Positions 1 to 9,352 of a stretch of 64,000 bases of DNA are shown piece by piece. The notes below the pieces were generated by a model. It made no database searches. It was not told where the DNA came from and worked only from the letters and a program-made list of their open reading frames with translations. The stretch is from Pseudobdellovibrionaceae bacterium (GTDB lineage Bacteria; Bdellovibrionota; Bdellovibrionia; Bdellovibrionales; Bdellovibrionaceae), in the NCBI GenBank assembly GCA_039810425.1, contig JBDHWW010000001.1, positions 32,001 to 96,000 on the forward strand, read 5' to 3'. Both the position numbers and the translations under genes were made by a program. The first letter of the stretch is position 1; each line of letters opens with the position of its first letter.

Positions 1-237
1 TTTAGCTCGATTGAGTTTTCCAAAAAAATCGAAGGCGTTCTTTCCAGCTCGAAGAAGCGTGCGGTATTTATTATTGGTGGCGCTTATGGTGTCTCTGATG
101 AGGTTCGAAGCCGCGCTCAGCTTGTTGTGACACTTTCGCCGATGGTGATGAATCACTTGCTAGCACAAACTGTGGCGCTAGAACAAATCTATCGGGCATT
201 TACCATTCTTAAAAACCTTCCCTATCATAACTCCTAG
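1..237 (+). CDS. rlmH: 23S rRNA (pseudouridine1915-N3)-methyltransferase, 3' part (runs off window)
   Basis: Frame 1 translates to ...FIIGGAYGVS...TLSPMVMNHLLAQTVALEQIYRAFTILKNLPYHNS*, the RlmH C-terminal signature; not in ORF track. Confidence 0.93.
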   Translation, partial: FSSIEFSKKIEGVLSSSKKRAVFIIGGAYGVSDEVRSRAQLVVTLSPMVMNHLLAQTVALEQIYRAFTILKNLPYHNS

Positions 238-268
238 GATAGGACCTTTTTTTGCTTCAGACAGAAGC

Positions 269-958
269 ATGGTTCTTAGTGATAAACTCCTTTGGTTTGG
301 CCTGCGTGGTTGTCTGTATTGCGGATCTCTAGATCGTGGACCGGACGGGCTTTGTGCATTTTGCTCAGAGGACCTCTGGAGTTGGCAACAGCGCGACGGC
401 AGGCTTTTTCACCAACGCATTCACAAACTTCCGGTCGAAGCCCTATTCAAATGGATACCTGGCAGGCAAGAGGTGCTTTCGAAGCTTATCCGTGCAATGA
501 AAGGGGAGGGCGGGGAAAAACTTTGGCAGCACTATGCGGAGGAATTTCTTCGCAGGCATTGGGGCGACAACGCGTCTCAAAAGCAGTGCCTGTTAATTCC
601 TGCGCCGTCACGGAGGGGCTCTGAAGATCACGCTTTTTACTTCGCTCAAGCGTTTGAGGCAGCGGGGGTTAGTTTCGAATTCTACAATTGTTTATCGAGA
701 ACAGAGGTCGCCGGGTCCCAGAAAAAGCGCACGCGCTTGCAGCGTGAACGGACCACGATAGCGTGGGCTGAAAATTTTACACAGGCGGACTTCAACGCCA
801 AATGTGCGGGAAAGCACGTTATATTCGTGGATGATGTCGTGACGACCGGATCGACGGTGCGGGCCGCGTGGCGTACGCTCGGGAGGCCTAGAGATTTTGC
901 AGCCTGGGCCCTAGCACAGAGGGCCCTCTCTTGCGGAGCGTCCAAGGATTTGATATAA
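269..958 (+). CDS. comF: ComF family amidophosphoribosyltransferase-like protein
   Basis: N-terminal CxxC..CxxC zinc ribbon and PRTase motif VDDVVTTGST. Confidence 0.85.
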   Translation: MVLSDKLLWFGLRGCLYCGSLDRGPDGLCAFCSEDLWSWQQRDGRLFHQRIHKLPVEALFKWIPGRQEVLSKLIRAMKGEGGEKLWQHYAEEFLRRHWGDNASQKQCLLIPAPSRRGSEDHAFYFAQAFEAAGVSFEFYNCLSRTEVAGSQKKRTRLQRERTTIAWAENFTQADFNAKCAGKHVIFVDDVVTTGSTVRAAWRTLGRPRDFAAWALAQRALSCGASKDLI

Positions 959-965
959 GAACCAA

Positions 966-1649
966 ATGTCTAAACTCCCCATTTTACTCTCTGTTTTGGT
1001 GTCGCTTGGTATGGGCCCGTCTTATGCGGCCGTAGCAAAGAGCAAAGAGAAGAAGCCCGCCTCTGCGGTGTCCGTTCTCAAAGAAGTCAGCAAAAAATAT
1101 CGTAACAGCAAGCTTGTGAAAATCGAAGCAGACAAAAAAGTAACGTCGGAGCTTTTAGGCAAGACAACGAACTACGAAGGCGAGATCTATTTGTCGCAAG
1201 GAAAGTTCCGTTGGGAGAACGAAACTCCAGAGCAGACCCTGTTACTATTTGATGGCGAGACAATCTGGAACGTCCAGTATCCACCGAAGGATCTCGGTGG
1301 CCCGGTTCAAGTTGCAAAAGCTAAGCTGGATAAGAATACGAAGTCGCAAATCCTGATTGTAACTTTGATTGGTAAAGAGCCGATCGATAAAAACTTTAAG
1401 GTAATTAGCGAAAAATCTGACAAAGAAATTTTGAATGTTGAGCTACTGCCGTTGTCAGGCGATCTCCGCGTGAAGGGCCTGGTCCTGGATGTGGATCTGA
1501 AAACCAAACAGATCAAAAAGATCTCGTACAAGGATGATGTGGACAACACGACGGAAATCAGACTTAAGAAAACAGAATTCATTTCCAAAGAAAATAAAGA
1601 TCTCTTCAAATACAAAATTCCAAAAGACGCTCAGGTGACAAATCTATGA
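966..1649 (+). CDS. lolA: Outer-membrane lipoprotein carrier protein LolA family
   Basis: Signal peptide; GKFRWE..PE Q.LLFDGETIW motif; C-terminal F.YKIPKDAQV. Confidence 0.85.
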   Translation: MSKLPILLSVLVSLGMGPSYAAVAKSKEKKPASAVSVLKEVSKKYRNSKLVKIEADKKVTSELLGKTTNYEGEIYLSQGKFRWENETPEQTLLLFDGETIWNVQYPPKDLGGPVQVAKAKLDKNTKSQILIVTLIGKEPIDKNFKVISEKSDKEILNVELLPLSGDLRVKGLVLDVDLKTKQIKKISYKDDVDNTTEIRLKKTEFISKENKDLFKYKIPKDAQVTNL

Positions 1650-3019
1650 AGCAGGAAACTACAAATGGCACAAAAAAAGTTCACTTTATCAGTCTCGGTT
1701 GCCCGAAGAACCTCGTAGACTCTGAAATCATGGCCGGCACGCTTTTGAAGGATGGCTATGAAGTTGTGGGAGACCACGGCGACGCTGATACGGTTATCGT
1801 AAACACATGCGGTTTCATCGAAGACTCAAAAAAAGAATCCATCCAAAAGATTTTGGAAATGGGTGATCTCAAGAAGGCCGGTCAGTTAAAAAAGGTCGTT
1901 GTCGCTGGGTGCCTTACTCAGCGCTACAAAGATGACTTGGTTGAAGGTCTGCCGGAAGCCGATCTTTTTGTCGGTTCTGGTGAGTTTCAGAACATCGCAA
2001 AGATCTTGCGTAATAACGATGCGGGCGAAAAAAAGAAGACTTTCTTCAATCTTCCGACGTACTTGCAGGAGGAGAACACTCCACGCGTCAACTCTCAGCC
2101 GGGCCATCGCGCTTATTTGAAAATCTCTGAAGGTTGCATGAAGCGTTGTGCATTCTGCGCGATTCCTTTAATCCGCGGCAACTTACAATCTCGCACATTG
2201 GCGAACATAATGAATGAGGCGAAGCTGCTGGCGGCGGGTGGCGTTAAAGAGTTGATCATCATCAGTCACGACTTCACGGATTATGGTTGGGATCTTCGTC
2301 GTAAAAATCCGGAAGCAAAAGAAAGCCCTGTGGAGCTTTTGCGCGCCTTGACTGAGGTTGAAGGTGTCGAGTGGATTCGTCTTTTGTACCTCTACCCGGA
2401 TGGCATCACTCCTGAGATGATCGATCTCATCAAGAACAACAAGAAACTTGTGAAGTATTTCGATATGCCTTTGCAGCACGTGAACGACGAAGTTCTTAAG
2501 AAAATGAACCGTAAGATGACTCGTAAAGAAATCGAAGAAGCATTAAGAATTATCCGCACGGAAATTCCCGATGCCGTGATCCGCACGCAGTTCATCGTTG
2601 GTTTCCCTGGTGAAACGGAAGAACAATTCGAAGAGCTTCTGGAGTTCATCGCAGAACAACAGTTTGATCGCGTTGGTTGCTTCCAGTACTCTCCGGAAGA
2701 AAACACTCCCGGCGGAAAGATGGCGGACCAAGTTGACGATGAAACAAAACAAAAGCGCTTTGAGGCGGTGATGGAAGTTCAGCAGAACATCTCTCGCGAA
2801 AAGCATCGCGCGTTTATCGGTAAGACGGTGGAGGTTCTGGTAGAAGGTTTTTCTGAAGAGACTGATTTGCTCTTGCAAGGCCGTACTTCCCAGCAAGCTC
2901 CAGACATCGACGGCGTGGTTTTGATTAACGACGGTGAAGCGAAAGTCGGCGACTTGGTAAAGGTCCTCGTCACCGACAGCATGGAATACGACCTCATCGG
3001 CGAGATCGTACCTCAGTAA
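1646..3019 (+). CDS. rimO: Ribosomal protein S12 methylthiotransferase
   Basis: SLGCPKNLVDSE, NTCGFI, AYLKISEGC..C..C, C-terminal TRAM with APDIDG. Confidence 0.97.
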   Translation: MKQETTNGTKKVHFISLGCPKNLVDSEIMAGTLLKDGYEVVGDHGDADTVIVNTCGFIEDSKKESIQKILEMGDLKKAGQLKKVVVAGCLTQRYKDDLVEGLPEADLFVGSGEFQNIAKILRNNDAGEKKKTFFNLPTYLQEENTPRVNSQPGHRAYLKISEGCMKRCAFCAIPLIRGNLQSRTLANIMNEAKLLAAGGVKELIIISHDFTDYGWDLRRKNPEAKESPVELLRALTEVEGVEWIRLLYLYPDGITPEMIDLIKNNKKLVKYFDMPLQHVNDEVLKKMNRKMTRKEIEEALRIIRTEIPDAVIRTQFIVGFPGETEEQFEELLEFIAEQQFDRVGCFQYSPEENTPGGKMADQVDDETKQKRFEAVMEVQQNISREKHRAFIGKTVEVLVEGFSEETDLLLQGRTSQQAPDIDGVVLINDGEAKVGDLVKVLVTDSMEYDLIGEIVPQ

Positions 3020-4069
3020 TTAGTAGCCCGAACAGGCCTCGGAAGCGGTCTCGAACTGCTTCGTCCAGGAGGCCTCTTTGGTGTTTCTTAGGGCTGTGGT
3101 GGCTTTTCTAAAATGCACCGCAGTCTTATTGTCCAGCTTGCAAGCTTTTTTAAAAGCATCCAAAGCCAGATCATATTTGTGAATTTCAAATGCAGACTTT
3201 GCATAGCCTAACCAGCAGCGCGAAGATTTTGCATCAGCGATAGTGCAAGCACGATAGTACTTGCTGGCTTCGAGATAGTTCTTCTGTGTCTCGATTAGAT
3301 TTGCGTATGTGTATTGGGCGAGCTCGGACTTGGAGTGGGCATCTGCCGCCGATCTAAGGGTCTTCTTAGCCACGTCGGTGTCGCCGGCATTGAGCTGAGT
3401 CAAACCTAAATTAACGAGGTTGTCGGCGATTTTAGGGTCCTTCTGAATTGCCTCCTTACAGTCGGATAGTGCTTGGTCTTCTTGGTTGTCTTTGGTGTTT
3501 ATGTCGCAGAGCTTTGTAAGAAATTCTGCCTTACGGCCGATGTTCAAGAGCATGTCTTGATACAAAATGCGAAGCTCGTAACTGTTCTTCTTTTTCTCAT
3601 ACATTTCCGCCAACTTTTCATAGGCAGGCTGATACTTTGGATTGATCTCGAGAGAGGTTTTCAAAGCCTCTAGCGCGTCGCTATCTTTCTTATTCATCAT
3701 GAGGTAAGCGCTGCCAGAGAGGTAGAGGGCCTCGTAGTCTTTTGGATTTTTGCCGATCAAAATGTTTGTGACCTTCAGAAGACTATTAGGCTCTTTCTTT
3801 TTCTCGTGAGCCACGGCTAGAAGCAGGAGCCCTTTTCTCTCGAGCCTTTCAATATTTTTCCATAATAAATCGGTCACCTTGTCGTACTCGCCCTTCTTAA
3901 AAGCCGCTTCGGCCGTCGCCAACAATTGCGCGTCTGAAAGCGCTGCCGGAGTCTCCGCCCGGCCTGGGCTTTTGGCGGGATCCTCAGCCTGCGCTGTGAT
4001 TTGAATTGAGACGACGACCGCAACAAAGGCTAGCCTTATCAAGCTTTTGTAAACTAGAGGTGTGTTCAT
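3020..4069 (-). CDS. Secreted tetratricopeptide-repeat protein
   Basis: Signal-like N-terminus, repeated helical TPR patterns (ALYLSG, INPKYQPAYEKLAE, KDPKIADNLVNLG); exact start uncertain. Confidence 0.8.
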   Translation of the reverse strand: MNTPLVYKSLIRLAFVAVVVSIQITAQAEDPAKSPGRAETPAALSDAQLLATAEAAFKKGEYDKVTDLLWKNIERLERKGLLLLAVAHEKKKEPNSLLKVTNILIGKNPKDYEALYLSGSAYLMMNKKDSDALEALKTSLEINPKYQPAYEKLAEMYEKKKNSYELRILYQDMLLNIGRKAEFLTKLCDINTKDNQEDQALSDCKEAIQKDPKIADNLVNLGLTQLNAGDTDVAKKTLRSAADAHSKSELAQYTYANLIETQKNYLEASKYYRACTIADAKSSRCWLGYAKSAFEIHKYDLALDAFKKACKLDNKTAVHFRKATTALRNTKEASWTKQFETASEACSGY

Positions 4070-4088
4070 ATGATATATTATTACCTAA

Positions 4089-4955
4089 ATGGCCCTTTCA
4101 GACATAGTGCAGAAATTTAAAAAGCGGTCCAGATTATTCCATAGCCGAGGGCAGGCTCTGGTGGAATATGTTCTTATTCTCGTGGTCACGGTCTCGATTC
4201 TCTTGGCGCTCATTTATCAGGTCTTTCGCCCCTTTCAGAGCTTCGTTAAAGGCTATATGGGCGATTATGTTGCATGCTTGTTGGAGACCGGGGAGCTGCC
4301 AAGTTTAGGCAACTCAGATTCGGAAGCGCTTTTGTCCGACGAAGGTTGCGATTCCAAATTCGATGCGGCCACTTTGGCGGGCGGAAGGCCCTCTAAGTCC
4401 GACTCCGAAGGCACGAGCGCGGCTACAAAGTCTGACCCCAGCAGTCAGGATGGATCCAGCAGCGACGGCGGAAATGGAGGCGGCGGCGCTTCACCTTCTT
4501 CTGCAACAAACTCACGGAATAATCTCTTGATTGCATCGATGAAAAAGAAAACAGCTACCGAATCCGGTAGCGGTGCAAATAGTAAAGTGACCGATATTCC
4601 AATTGATAACGGAAGTAAGTTTTATAATCGTCAGGATTCCTATTCCCAAGGTGGTGTTTTAAAAGATGGGAAACACACGTCTGTGCCGATCACTGGACTT
4701 TCTGATGAAGAGAAAAAGAAAAAAGCACGCCAAGAAGGCGCTCAGAGAACGGTTGCGAGCGGTGATAATCTCAGTGGACCCGCCAAGAAAACTTCTGTGA
4801 AACCGCCACCCCCGAAAGTGATGCAGGAAGCGGAAGATGAGCCAATGACCTTTGGTAATTTCTTCAGATTTTTATTAATCGCAGCGATTGTAATCGCCAT
4901 CGTCGTTGTGCTTGGATCACAGGCACTTCGAATCGCAAAGAGTCAGGAAAAATAG
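4089..4955 (+). CDS. TadE/Flp pilin-like N-terminus protein with low-complexity linker and C-terminal membrane anchor
   Basis: RG|QALVEYVLILVV prepilin motif; S/G-rich middle; hydrophobic C-terminal helix. Confidence 0.65.
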   Translation: MALSDIVQKFKKRSRLFHSRGQALVEYVLILVVTVSILLALIYQVFRPFQSFVKGYMGDYVACLLETGELPSLGNSDSEALLSDEGCDSKFDAATLAGGRPSKSDSEGTSAATKSDPSSQDGSSSDGGNGGGGASPSSATNSRNNLLIASMKKKTATESGSGANSKVTDIPIDNGSKFYNRQDSYSQGGVLKDGKHTSVPITGLSDEEKKKKARQEGAQRTVASGDNLSGPAKKTSVKPPPPKVMQEAEDEPMTFGNFFRFLLIAAIVIAIVVVLGSQALRIAKSQEK

Positions 4956-5107
4956 GCTCAACACACTGCAAGCATAATTGTTTTCCGGTGCTTCGGAAAT
5001 TTCTTCACGCGACATCTGAACTTGTCTGTAATTTTCGATATTGATTGCATGGTAAAACTGTTTGTTACATATCACTAGTTCTGCAAGACAATCCGGGGGG
5101 AAAATCG

Positions 5108-5515
5108 GTGGAGAATGTGATTGAGATCAATCGCAAAAAAGTATTTACGCATCATGAGGTGTCGCAACTTCTCCCGCTGGTTTACCGCTTAACCGAAGAA
5201 GCACAACAAGAAGTCCGCAAGATCATCAATTTTATTGACGCTCGCACAGATAAAAAATGCCGTGAGGTCCATGAGCTTGAAGCACGACTCAACGAAATTG
5301 TCACTCGTTGGCAAATTAAGATCGAAAAACTAGGTGGGGAGCCAAAAGGCCTCTGGCTTGCTGACTTTGACAGCGGAGATGGGTACTTTTGCTGGAAGTT
5401 CCCGGAAACTGAAATTAATTATTGGCATGGCTACCAAGATGGATTCACCGGGCGTATACTGATCAAAGAGAAAAGCAGGCCCGAACAATATGAGAATAGC
5501 AATAGCTCAAATTAA
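5108..5515 (+). CDS. DUF2203 family protein
   Basis: FT..E...LLP, KGLWLADF, YFCWKFPE..I.YWH...GF.GR motifs; GTG start after G-rich RBS. Confidence 0.8.
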   Translation: MENVIEINRKKVFTHHEVSQLLPLVYRLTEEAQQEVRKIINFIDARTDKKCREVHELEARLNEIVTRWQIKIEKLGGEPKGLWLADFDSGDGYFCWKFPETEINYWHGYQDGFTGRILIKEKSRPEQYENSNSSN

Positions 5516-7112
5516 TCCGACTCTTGGTGATTTCGCTTACAACTACGAAAAGATCATAGAATTTATCAAACGCGCGGAAGAGAAAGATTGCGAAATGGTC
5601 GTCTTTCCGGAGTGCGCGCTTTTTGGTTACCACCCCTATGACCTCCTAGAGCGTACAAAAGTAGTTCTAGAACAGGAAAAATTTCTTCAGAGAATTCACA
5701 AGCAAATCCCAAAAGGAATGGGAGTTTTTGTCGGCGGCTTTACCCGCAATCCGGTGAAACTCGGGCGCCCTTACTTTAATTCTGCGGCCTTTATGGTGAA
5801 GGGTGAAAAGATCAAGGTCTTCAATAAGCATCTGCTACCGACCGGTGATGTTTTTGACGAGGCACGCTTCATCCAGCCGGGCTCGATGAAGAACAACTAT
5901 CTGACATTTAAGGGCAAACGCTTCTTCGTGACGATTTGCGAAGATATCTGGGCTTGGCCGAACGCTAAAGGCCATTCACCGTATGTTAAAAACCCAATCA
6001 AAGAAGTACCGAAGAAAAAAGTCGATATGGTGATCAACTTGAGCGCTTCTCCATTCTTTCCGGGAAAGCTCAAACAGCGTGAGTATGTGGCACTCAAGAC
6101 GGCGCAGCACTTTAAGGCTCCGATCTTATATGCAAACCTTGTGGGCGCACAGGATGAGGTTATCTATGATGGAGCTAGTTTCGTATTGAGCCCCCAAGGC
6201 AAAGCGCTGATGCGCTGCCTTGAATTCGAAGAAGATCTCAATGTGATGAATCTCGAGACTTTGCAGGCATGGTCGCATTCCGAAATGATCAAAGGGCCCG
6301 AGATTCTTCGTAAGGCCTTGGTTTTGGGCATGCGTGATTTCTGCCGCAAGATTGGCATTCAGAAAATCCATATGGGTTTGAGCGGCGGCATTGATTCCGC
6401 CGTGGCGGCGTGCTTAGCGGTTGAAGCCCTGGGTCCGGGAAATGTTTCTGCCGTCGCAATGCCGGGACCGTTCAGTGCGGCGAAGAGCTTGAAGCTTGCC
6501 GAAAAGCTTGCGAAGAATCTGATGATTCAGCTGACGACGGTTTCTATTAACGACGCTTATCAGACCATCGTGAAGGATCTCGAGAAGTCTTGGAACTTGA
6601 AAGAGTTCGGCGTGACTCAGGAAAACATTCAGGCGCGTTTGCGAGGGATGATACTGATGGCATTTTCGAACAAAGAAAACTCGCTTCTTATTACAACAAG
6701 CAACAAGAGCGAGTATGCAGCTGGTTATTCGACGATGTACGGTGATATGTGCGGTGGTTTGGCTCCGTTGGGCGATTTGACAAAAAGACAAGTTTATCAA
6801 TTAGCCGCTCTTTACAATGCGCAAGCTGAGGTCATTCCACAAGAAATCATTGACCGCGCACCCAGCGCAGAACTTCGCCCAAATCAAAAGGATCAAGATA
6901 CGTTGCCACCCTATGACGAATTGGATGCGGCCGTAGTTAACCTCGTAGAGCGCTCAGCAACGGCTAAAACAAAAGCTGAAAAGTGGTTGTTACCGGTGAT
7001 TATGCGTACGGAGTTTAAACGTTGGCAGGCCCCGCCGATTTTGAAAGTCTCTGAGCACTCCTTCGGTCGCGGCCGTCGCTGGCCAATTGCGCATAGGGCG
7101 AAAGAGGCATAA
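5490..7112 (+). CDS. nadE: Glutamine-dependent NAD+ synthetase
   Basis: Nitrilase domain (FPE, K, ICEDIW) fused to synthetase domain (GLSGGIDS, ENIQARLRG, NKSE, YGDM, PSAELRPNQKD). Confidence 0.96.
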   Translation: MRIAIAQINPTLGDFAYNYEKIIEFIKRAEEKDCEMVVFPECALFGYHPYDLLERTKVVLEQEKFLQRIHKQIPKGMGVFVGGFTRNPVKLGRPYFNSAAFMVKGEKIKVFNKHLLPTGDVFDEARFIQPGSMKNNYLTFKGKRFFVTICEDIWAWPNAKGHSPYVKNPIKEVPKKKVDMVINLSASPFFPGKLKQREYVALKTAQHFKAPILYANLVGAQDEVIYDGASFVLSPQGKALMRCLEFEEDLNVMNLETLQAWSHSEMIKGPEILRKALVLGMRDFCRKIGIQKIHMGLSGGIDSAVAACLAVEALGPGNVSAVAMPGPFSAAKSLKLAEKLAKNLMIQLTTVSINDAYQTIVKDLEKSWNLKEFGVTQENIQARLRGMILMAFSNKENSLLITTSNKSEYAAGYSTMYGDMCGGLAPLGDLTKRQVYQLAALYNAQAEVIPQEIIDRAPSAELRPNQKDQDTLPPYDELDAAVVNLVERSATAKTKAEKWLLPVIMRTEFKRWQAPPILKVSEHSFGRGRRWPIAHRAKEA

Positions 7113-7113
7113 A

Positions 7114-7138
7114 AAAAGGCACCGAACGGGTGCCTTTT
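7114..7138. terminator. Bidirectional intrinsic terminator between convergent nadE and dnaQ-like gene
   Basis: AAAAGGCACC-gaacg-GGTGCCTTTT perfect inverted repeat with A/T tails. Confidence 0.85.
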
Positions 7139-7175
7139 CAATTTAGTGCGATTTTAATTTTTTTTGTCAACAGAG

Positions 7176-7796
7176 TTAAAGTAAACCGCCGAAAAGGTCC
7201 ATTTGCTTTGGTTGTCTGACGATTTGCGGAAAGCGGAGTTCCGGCTTGCCAGTCAACGCCACTAAGTTTGCGACTTGAGGAGCTTGGCCGGCCACGGAAA
7301 TCCTCTTAACCATATGGAAGAAAAGCTGACCACAATACGAAGCGTCCTCTTCCGCTCTATGGAATTCCGTGTTTGGGATTTTTAAGTACTGTACCAAGGT
7401 TCCTAACTTGTAGTTCGGAAGACCTGGGAAGACTTTTCTTGCGATGGGTAGAGTATCCAAGATCACACCCTTCGGTGCGAGGGCTTCATGCTTCTTAATA
7501 TCTGCTGTCAAGAACTGAGAATCGAAAGGAGCATTGTGTGCCACCAGCATGTCATCACCGCAGAACTCCGCAAATGATGGCAGTACGGACTCAATCAACG
7601 GTTTTCCGTTAACCATATCGTCAAAGATACCATTGACCTTTGAAGCTCCCGCAGGAATGGGACGGCGGGGATCCACGAGGGTTGCAAATATGGCCTCAGG
7701 CGCACCATTCACGAAGCGCACGGCTCCGATCTCAACGATTTGATCAACACCAGGAACTGTACCAGTAGTTTCTAAGTCAAAAGCTATGAATCTCAT
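7176..7796 (-). CDS. DEDDh 3'-5' exonuclease (DnaQ/PolC-exo family)
   Basis: FDLETTG, AHNAPFD, HRAEEDA motifs; start placed at MRFIAF (7796). Confidence 0.92.
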   Translation of the reverse strand: MRFIAFDLETTGTVPGVDQIVEIGAVRFVNGAPEAIFATLVDPRRPIPAGASKVNGIFDDMVNGKPLIESVLPSFAEFCGDDMLVAHNAPFDSQFLTADIKKHEALAPKGVILDTLPIARKVFPGLPNYKLGTLVQYLKIPNTEFHRAEEDASYCGQLFFHMVKRISVAGQAPQVANLVALTGKPELRFPQIVRQPKQMDLFGGLL

Positions 7797-7819
7797 GAAA
7801 TCATTGATACATATTTGGG

Positions 7820-8122
7820 ATGCCGATTTCAATAAAGTTTCTGCCAGAAAATAGGCTTGTCGATGCGAGTCAAGATGAGAGTATTCTTGAAGCGGCTCTG
7901 CGTGTAGGCCTAGAAATTTCACATAGTTGCGGGGGCAACGGTACCTGCGGAACCTGCCGGGTTTGGGTTCGTGAGGGCTTAGGCGCCATGCCAGCGCGCA
8001 ATGAAGTAGAGCAGGAGATGGCAGATGAACGCGGTTTTAAGCCCCAGGAACGCCTCTGTTGCCAAAATCTGCCCATTCCGGGGCTTGTGTTAGAAATTCC
8101 GCTCAATAATTTCGAAGAGTAG
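7820..8122 (+). CDS. 2Fe-2S ferredoxin
   Basis: HSCGGNGTCGTC...ERLCCQ. Confidence 0.93.
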   Translation: MPISIKFLPENRLVDASQDESILEAALRVGLEISHSCGGNGTCGTCRVWVREGLGAMPARNEVEQEMADERGFKPQERLCCQNLPIPGLVLEIPLNNFEE

Positions 8123-8140
8123 AAAGTGTATCTAAATAAA

Positions 8141-9352
8141 CTAGGGCGTTATATAGAAAGGATTCGCGTAAATCCAGCTGATCCAGCGGTTGGCATCTGG
8201 CAATGGCATTGAAACGGCGATCCGTACCTGCACGCGATACACGCCAGGCTCAGTGATCAGCATGCTGACTTCAGGGTCGTTGAATGTTTTGAAGCGCTCC
8301 CCATTTTTATAGATCACGATTTCAAAGAAATTTTTTGGTGGTCCTGGAATATGAACGTTGAGGCTCATGCCCTTGCCGAGTTTAACTTGAGAACCCATCA
8401 AGTAAGAGCGCCCGCGGTCTTCAATCGTTGCAACAAAACCTTTTGGTTCACCGAGGGCATCGAAGGCTAAATAGAATTGACCCTTCTTAAGGGCGGTGAA
8501 GATTTTTTGGCGATCACTATTCAAATTGCCTGTAAGCTCTGAGGACAACAGTACGTGATTTGTGGCGATTTCAAAGTTGCGCTGGTAGCTAGGGAATCTG
8601 ATCAGATAATTCGCTAAGGGAATCGCGCGTGCAGAAGCTTCGGCCCCGGCAAAGCCATAGATCTTTTGATGCAGAGACGTTTTATCAAATAGCGAGATCT
8701 CCTCACTGGGCTCTAAAAAAAGCCGGGCCAGGGCAAACTCTGGATTAAACGGATAAATCAAGAAACTCCAAATGACCGAAGCCTTCGAAGCCTGCCACGC
8801 TTGAACGGAAAGACTTTTTACGTTGATGACTTCCAGGCCATCAAGACCCGGCGGTAAATCTCCATTCCAGGTAAAGCCTAAGTGATAAGGATGTGCCAAA
8901 ATTGTGAGAGAATCCTTATTGCCGCCCTCTCTTTGCGTGAGCATGTCGGCGAAGCGAATTTGCGCTTCCCCCAGATTTTTCCCGACAACGTCCTTCACGG
9001 GCGAATAGAATATCAAACGAGAGTCCAGATAGCTGTACTTTCCTCCGTTGAGAAACAAGACATTTTGCGAGTAGCTGTCGTTGTGAACATTTTCCTTAAA
9101 AGTGTTGAGGTCCGTGAGAATGACGAAATCAATTCCGGCCTGCTTGGCCGCAGTTGCAATCTGTTGGGGAGACGAAGAGCCGATACTGATATCAGAATGA
9201 ACGTTGATCACTCCACGATAGTCAAAATATGCCGTCGGCGTATCTCGTTTTAATTTTTGCGGGATAACGCTGATGTCATATGTCGAGATGTAAAACCCAT
9301 ACACGAAGTACGAGATCAGCAAAAACGTGATGCCGATAATAAACTTGATCAT
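8141..9352 (-). CDS. PHP-domain (CehA/McbA-like) protein with degenerate metal ligands
   Basis: GVINVHS, LTDLN, AHPY, GLEVIN, C-terminal WIYANP; N-terminal TM. Confidence 0.7.
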   Translation of the reverse strand: MIKFIIGITFLLISYFVYGFYISTYDISVIPQKLKRDTPTAYFDYRGVINVHSDISIGSSSPQQIATAAKQAGIDFVILTDLNTFKENVHNDSYSQNVLFLNGGKYSYLDSRLIFYSPVKDVVGKNLGEAQIRFADMLTQREGGNKDSLTILAHPYHLGFTWNGDLPPGLDGLEVINVKSLSVQAWQASKASVIWSFLIYPFNPEFALARLFLEPSEEISLFDKTSLHQKIYGFAGAEASARAIPLANYLIRFPSYQRNFEIATNHVLLSSELTGNLNSDRQKIFTALKKGQFYLAFDALGEPKGFVATIEDRGRSYLMGSQVKLGKGMSLNVHIPGPPKNFFEIVIYKNGERFKTFNDPEVSMLITEPGVYRVQVRIAVSMPLPDANRWISWIYANPFYITP

